The notes under the pieces were generated by a model. It had not been told where the DNA came from. It saw only the letters and a list, made by a program, of their open reading frames with translations, and ran no database searches. A program made the translations under genes and the position numbers. From Dehalococcoidia bacterium (GTDB taxonomy: Bacteria > Chloroflexota > Dehalococcoidia > Plut-88900): DNA of 64,000 nucleotides. Of this stretch, positions 59,106 through 64,000 are shown piece after piece (within the stretch, counting starts at the first letter, position 1; each line of letters opens with the position of its first letter). The DNA is taken from positions 704,001 through 768,000 of the forward strand of contig CBDFLQ010000006.1 in the NCBI GenBank assembly GCA_965249275.1, read 5' to 3'.

Positions 59106-59337
59106 CTGTTGATGCGGAAGGGGTGGACGGCAAACCAGTGCTCCTTGGCAGGTTATTCACAGAAGAGCATCCAGGGGTAGGGTTTCGTGCACCAACAAGG
59201 GGTGTGCTAAACAGTTGCGTCGAGTAAATAGTAGGGACGACAGTTGCAGCCAATCCCACATCGACACCTTTCCGCGCGTCAATTGATGCAGGAGGGTATC
59301 ACACGGCATTGCCTCTTCCCTCACGTCCAACTCTGAC

Positions 59338-59397
59338 CCACCAACACTATTCCCACTCCTGCCCGTAATTGTCCCAGATCACCTTTATTTCGTAGTT
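59338..59397 (+). repeat. Degenerate copy of the tRNA-Ala 3' end plus flank (att-like; partner 56820-56878)
   Basis: CCACCAACA..CCTGCCC.T.ATTGTCCCAGA.CA shared by both sites. Confidence 0.65.
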
Positions 59398-59478
59398 CCT
59401 AGTGCGTTCCGGAGTCTGTTCAGCCAGACCACGTGTCTCTGATAGCAGATATTTGTTGCGCACGAATGAGGCGATGTT

Positions 59479-60255
59479 CTAGGGATTTTTCGTCGGGCTG
59501 AAGGATTCTCCATCATCTGCTCGGCAGGAGGCCGGCTCGGGTTGCTGGTCTTCTGTTGGACTTCCCCGCTCTGATTCCTCTTCAGTTGTCGCTTCTTCCT
59601 TCAAAGGAGAGGACTCAACATCCACAGTGGGGACACGCTGTTTCCGAATCCGATTTCTTAAGCCTACTATGAGTTTTATGAACCCCATCAGAAGCCGCAA
59701 CACAAATTCCAGGCCAATGAGGAACAAAAGGTAGTACAAGATGTTTTCGGTGTAGTCTCCTGCCCCTTTGAGAGAGTCAAGGGAATCGGAGACGGAGAAG
59801 AATGACGCATCGATGAGGAATACACCGAGGACTGCAAAGGGCAGCATCTTGGCGAGGTCTCGGGATAGGTCTTCCTTGTAATAGGCTGTGACTCGGATTG
59901 CACTGACCGTGGCAAGGGCTATCAACAGCGTATCCGCGAAGGTTTGCTCTTTAGAGAGGAAGGCCAATACAAGGGTGAGGACTGCGAACCAGAAGAATGC
60001 GAATACCGGAAACAGAATGAGGTATTTCGCCACGTACAAGGTAAAGTGGAGCGAAGATCGTATCCATCGGTGACTCGACTCTTCATAACTGGACAGGTCC
60101 AGGTCAAACACGTCCCGAGCAGCCACAAACCGATAGAATCTGAAGACAAAGATTGCATAGGCTGCCATGCCCAGAACGTAAACCGAGACCGGCCACAGCA
60201 AATCTAAGGCCTCATTAAGGTCCAGTCCCTTGGTGAAGATGTCGTTAATGTCCAT
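59479..60255 (-). CDS. Multi-pass membrane protein of unknown function
   Basis: About 5-6 hydrophobic segments, acidic tail. Confidence 0.75.
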   Translation of the reverse strand: MDINDIFTKGLDLNEALDLLWPVSVYVLGMAAYAIFVFRFYRFVAARDVFDLDLSSYEESSHRWIRSSLHFTLYVAKYLILFPVFAFFWFAVLTLVLAFLSKEQTFADTLLIALATVSAIRVTAYYKEDLSRDLAKMLPFAVLGVFLIDASFFSVSDSLDSLKGAGDYTENILYYLLFLIGLEFVLRLLMGFIKLIVGLRNRIRKQRVPTVDVESSPLKEEATTEEESERGSPTEDQQPEPASCRADDGESFSPTKNP

Positions 60256-60762
60256 AAGGCTTCCGTTAGACGGTAGAAATCTCCAGTTTAGGCGTACCTG
60301 TAGGACCGAGATACAAACCCTGACCTCGCCCGATGTGAATCCTGAATAATTTGGAAGGAGTCACGAGCGTTAATGACTTTCCATTTATGCAGCGGGCGTG
60401 AGATTCACACTCTTCCTAAACATACTAATGCAACCTCGCTAGTTGTAACACAAATCGGGAGGGGCCAACAGGCCTGGGCCTTGAGCACGCCGGGAATGGA
60501 TGGTACGTCCATTGACCTATCTGCAGGTCTGTCCTATATCACCGGTTTCGTCCAGCAGTCGATTATCGGTGACCATAGACAGTGGATATGTATGCCGTCA
60601 TAACACGGAATTTGGCTGAACTCTCGCTCCTTTTCCGCGCTTCGGCCTTCCTAAATCGAGCCTTGGTCACTAGACCATACTGGCTGTGATATCCTAGCTA
60701 CTAGAATAATTTTCCCAAGCATTTTCTGGAAGTTCCAGAGGACTCCAGGAGCCGTTTTCTGC

Positions 60763-62697
60763 ATGCGATTCATCATAGATAGATGGCGGCGCATCGGCAC
60801 CCGACTGTATCTAGCTTTGGGATTTGCGGTGGCACTGACGCTAATCTCCGGTGGGGTAGCCGTCTACTATTTCGAACAGAGCGGAGACCATAACTACCGC
60901 GTCCAATCGGAGTCGGTGCCGGCTTTAGAGTCGTCCTGGATAGCCGCTCGTGAGGCGGAACGCTTACGGATTCTGGGGCTCGAGGTGGTGGCCGATGCTG
61001 AATCCGGCTTCCAACGCCAGGATGCCGACGCCCTAGTCAGGTCTCTACAAAGGTTGGAAACCGCCTTGGAAAGCGTGAGCGGTGTGCCGGCCCTGGCAAT
61101 CGACGCCCAGGCTGTCAGCGATGCAGCTTATGACCTGGCCGAAGTCATCGACAATCTTGTACTTACCCGCGAGGCCGTGCTGACGGCAAACGACCTCGCA
61201 TTGGACTACCGGTTACGCTTGGCAACAACCTCCTCGGATATCGGGGAGTCAGAGGCTGCATTATCGGTGCTGCGGCAGGCGTTGCAAGCTCAGGATGATC
61301 CCTCCCTTCAGGGGATGTTGGAGAGGTTTTTAAGCATACATGCGACCGGCATAGACCCAGCGGTGTCATCTTTAGGCGAAGGTGCGGGGGTCTTCTACAT
61401 CCGCGGCCAACAGCTGGTACTGGAAACCAACATCAGGGAGCTGGCAGCATCCTTCGAAGAGTCGAGTGCCGCATTAGAAAGCTCAGTGACGGCGCTGCTA
61501 ACCGCATCCGGCGAGCATTCTTCGGAAGCGCTGGGACTTGCCGTGAGCAGTTTTGACGAAGGCCGAACACTGTTGGCAGGTATCAGCGTAATCAGCGTGA
61601 TTGCGGCGACTTTGGCAGCCTGGATTTGGGTAGGAAACGGCATGGTCAGGCGGCTTTCCCGTATGTCTGATCGCATGAGGAAGATGGCCGACGGAGACCT
61701 GGAGACTCCGGTGCCAGAAGTGGGCCGCGACGAGATTGGAGAATTGGCCAACGCCTTGGAAGTCTTCAGACAGCAAGCCCTGGAAGTCCAGCGTTTGAAT
61801 TTGGTCGAGAAGCTATACGAGGAGCTGCGTGTGACCAACGCAGAACTGAAACGGGTCCAGGCCCGGCTGGTGGCCCAGGAGAAACTGGCGGCTTTGGGTG
61901 AGCTGGTGTCGGGGGTGGCGCATGAGATCAGTAATCCGTTGAACTTCGTCAATAACTTCTCCGAAGGCTCTCTCGAACTGTACAGTGAACTAACGGAGAT
62001 GCTGGACAACTACAGGGATAGGATGTCAAAGGACGATACCGCCTTACTGGATGACATCACCCAGGAGATGACCGCAAGTCTCAATCGCGTCCTTTCCAAC
62101 GGTGGGCGTGCCCTGGCAATTGTCGAACGGATGCGGGGGTTGGGTGTCACGGGCGGAGACCCCGTTGTGGTCGGCTTGAATGAAGTATTGCGGGAGGCGG
62201 TGAATTCGGGGTGCAACACCTTTAATGCCCAGTGGCAGGACTTCTCAGTGGAACCAGTTCTTGACCTGGATAAACCTGTAGGTGAGACGACGTTGGTCGA
62301 AAGAGATTTCTCCGAGGCGCTGCTAAACCTGGTATCGAATGCCTTCTATGCCATGGACCAGAAACGACAGGCCTCGGAAGGCTACGAACCAGTCTTGGCC
62401 GTTTCGAGTCGGCGGGTCGGTGATATGGTGGAGATACGAGTGCGGGACAACGGCACCGGAATATCCGATGATGTGCTTGGACGTATATTCAACCCGTTCT
62501 TCTCGACACGGGATGGAGCAGCAGGGGCAGGGTTAGGTCTTCCTCTAGCGGCCGATGTGGCCCGCAGGTTCGGGGGCGACCTATCGGTGGACACTGTAGA
62601 AGGTGAATACGCGGAGTTCATCATGACGCTGCCAATTACGATAGACAGCCCCACTATGCCTGAGATGGAAGAAAGCCTGTTGCAAAGGACCGTATAG
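60763..62697 (+). CDS. Sensor histidine kinase (2 TM, HAMP, HisKA, HATPase)
   Basis: DEIGELA, GVAHEISNPL, NLVSNA, DNGTGI, FNPFFST, GLGL. Confidence 0.93.
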   Translation: MRFIIDRWRRIGTRLYLALGFAVALTLISGGVAVYYFEQSGDHNYRVQSESVPALESSWIAAREAERLRILGLEVVADAESGFQRQDADALVRSLQRLETALESVSGVPALAIDAQAVSDAAYDLAEVIDNLVLTREAVLTANDLALDYRLRLATTSSDIGESEAALSVLRQALQAQDDPSLQGMLERFLSIHATGIDPAVSSLGEGAGVFYIRGQQLVLETNIRELAASFEESSAALESSVTALLTASGEHSSEALGLAVSSFDEGRTLLAGISVISVIAATLAAWIWVGNGMVRRLSRMSDRMRKMADGDLETPVPEVGRDEIGELANALEVFRQQALEVQRLNLVEKLYEELRVTNAELKRVQARLVAQEKLAALGELVSGVAHEISNPLNFVNNFSEGSLELYSELTEMLDNYRDRMSKDDTALLDDITQEMTASLNRVLSNGGRALAIVERMRGLGVTGGDPVVVGLNEVLREAVNSGCNTFNAQWQDFSVEPVLDLDKPVGETTLVERDFSEALLNLVSNAFYAMDQKRQASEGYEPVLAVSSRRVGDMVEIRVRDNGTGISDDVLGRIFNPFFSTRDGAAGAGLGLPLAADVARRFGGDLSVDTVEGEYAEFIMTLPITIDSPTMPEMEESLLQRTV

Positions 62698-62744
62698 CGG
62701 GGGGGGTTTTCACACATCTCCTGTTCGGCATCTCGCCTTTACCT

Positions 62745-63719
62745 TTAGCGTTTCCGCGCTATCAGGTAGGAGAATACGCCAAGGGCGAAGGCGCTGGTAA
62801 CAGCCTGAATAACTATCAGGGTGGTCCGCCTACGCGGGCTGGAAGCAATACCCCCCAGCGTGTTACGGATGCGCGGTATGGCGTCTCCGATTACGGGTGC
62901 TGCGGGTTGCTCCAACTCTTGTAAATCCGTTTGAGTCGTAGACCCTCCCCCGGGAGCAGACAGTGGTGCGGCAGTAGGCATTGCGGTGGGCGTGGGAGTG
63001 GGGACAGATGTAGGCGTAGGTGCGGGTATGGGAGTCGGGACCGGAGTCGGAGTTGGGATGGGAGTTGGAATCGGAGTTGGGGTGGGTGTTGGCGTCGGGG
63101 TGGGTGTTGGGGTAGGAGTTGGGGTAGGGATGGGTGTTGGGGTAGGGATGGGTGTCGGTGTCGGGGTCGGAGTTGGGGTCGGGGTGGGAGTCGGAGTTGG
63201 GGTAGGGGTGGGTGTCGGCGTCGGGGTTGGCGTGGATGTCGGTATCGGGGTTGGAATGGGGGTTGGCGTAGCCGTAGGCGGTGGCGGAGGAGGTGTTGGT
63301 GTCGGGGTTGGCGTAGCAGTGGGAGGTGGCGGTGGTGGGGGAGGAGGTGGCGGTGGCGGTGGGGGAGGAGGTGGCGGTGGCGGTGGGGGAGGAGGTGGCG
63401 GTGGCGGTGGGGGAGGAGGTGGCGGGGGGTCACCATCAAATAGGCCACACCATGATCTGGGATCACTTCCGCAGGGGAACTGACATTCACTTCCTCCACT
63501 GCTGACGGCACATGTCGTCACAGTGCCAGGGGGATTGGAAGGGGGAACGGGCAGACCACTACTATCGCAACTCGTCGGGGCACTGTTAACGTTACCATCT
63601 TCGTCGTAGTAGTAGTACGTGCACTCCAAAGACTCTTGAGCATTGGCACGCATCGTATAGCCAATCCCAATCGTGAGGATGACGATGGCAATGAGAATGC
63701 CGCCTAAGGCGTATTTCAT
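62745..63719 (-). CDS. Secreted/anchored Pro-rich protein with 36 consecutive prolines
   Basis: Signal peptide, Cys-rich head, Pro codons 63321-63428, PT repeats, C-terminal hydrophobic helix plus RKR. Confidence 0.75.
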   Translation of the reverse strand: MKYALGGILIAIVILTIGIGYTMRANAQESLECTYYYYDEDGNVNSAPTSCDSSGLPVPPSNPPGTVTTCAVSSGGSECQFPCGSDPRSWCGLFDGDPPPPPPPPPPPPPPPPPPPPPPPPPPPPPPPPPPPPTATPTPTPTPPPPPPTATPTPIPTPIPTSTPTPTPTPTPTPTPTPTPTPTPTPTPTPIPTPTPIPTPTPTPTPTPTPTPTPTPIPTPIPTPTPVPTPIPAPTPTSVPTPTPTAMPTAAPLSAPGGGSTTQTDLQELEQPAAPVIGDAIPRIRNTLGGIASSPRRRTTLIVIQAVTSAFALGVFSYLIARKR

Positions 63720-64000
63720 GCAACTGACTCGAGATTCTTCAATGCGGTCACTGGCCTACCAGTGCCTCGATATAGTCACCCAAGTATCAAATCAGGGTTC
63801 CCCGCGCTCTGTTCCTCTGACTCGACAGACTGATTAATGTCCCGTTTATTGCGGCTTACCTTCAACCTATTCTGTGCTCTCGCACATTAATACCTCTTCC
63901 TTATTCTTGTTTGCACGGCGCCACACCGAGGCGTTTGGAATTGCAGCCACGCCGGTCAGGTCAGGATGCTTCTGGGATAGAAGTGCCTAGTGTTTGAAGA

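Noticed and set aside
62931-63511. Gly/Val-, Arg/Trp- and His/Arg-rich ORFs overlapping the Pro-rich gene
   Set aside because: Alternative-frame readings of the same repeat; only 62745..63719 has a signal peptide and anchor.

Overview
GC-rich bacterial chromosomal segment. Gene content suggests Chloroflexota/Dehalococcoidia of the SAR202 type (inference from the many amidohydrolase, cyclase and isomerase paralogs, Pro/Thr-rich lipoproteins and the rplU-rpmA-rpmE-DUF1385 order). Ordinary content: fhs, thiD, moaD/moaE, sucCD, an opp transporter, tRNA-Ser(GCT), tRNA-Ala(GGC) and many catabolic enzymes. Highlights not visible in the ORF track: (1) Two inverted copies (about 23426-24040 + and about 28670-29295 -) of an apparently unannotated ~620-nt structured non-coding RNA. 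They share a covarying 5' domain, a long-range helix enclosing ~380 nt of unrelated hairpin-rich sequence, an identical 15-nt 3' motif, and sigma70-like promoters overlapped by LexA-like boxes. (2) A ferredoxin:thioredoxin reductase catalytic subunit with two in-frame UGA codons exactly at the two redox-active Cys positions (CPU..CPC..CIU), each followed by a matching SECIS-like hairpin, predicting a diselenide active site. (3) Selenoproteins GrdA and GrdB of a glycine-reductase-type complex, with GrdB lacking both Cys of the UxxCxxC motif. (4) A cohesin lipoprotein plus a dockerin-tailed peptidase next to an Opp system whose OppC carries an inserted beta-propeller. Also present: miniature elements nested in REP-like hairpins, a frameshifted putative ART/RES-like toxin, and decayed islands at tRNA-Ala. 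All calls come from reading the sequence; no database searches or folding programs were run.
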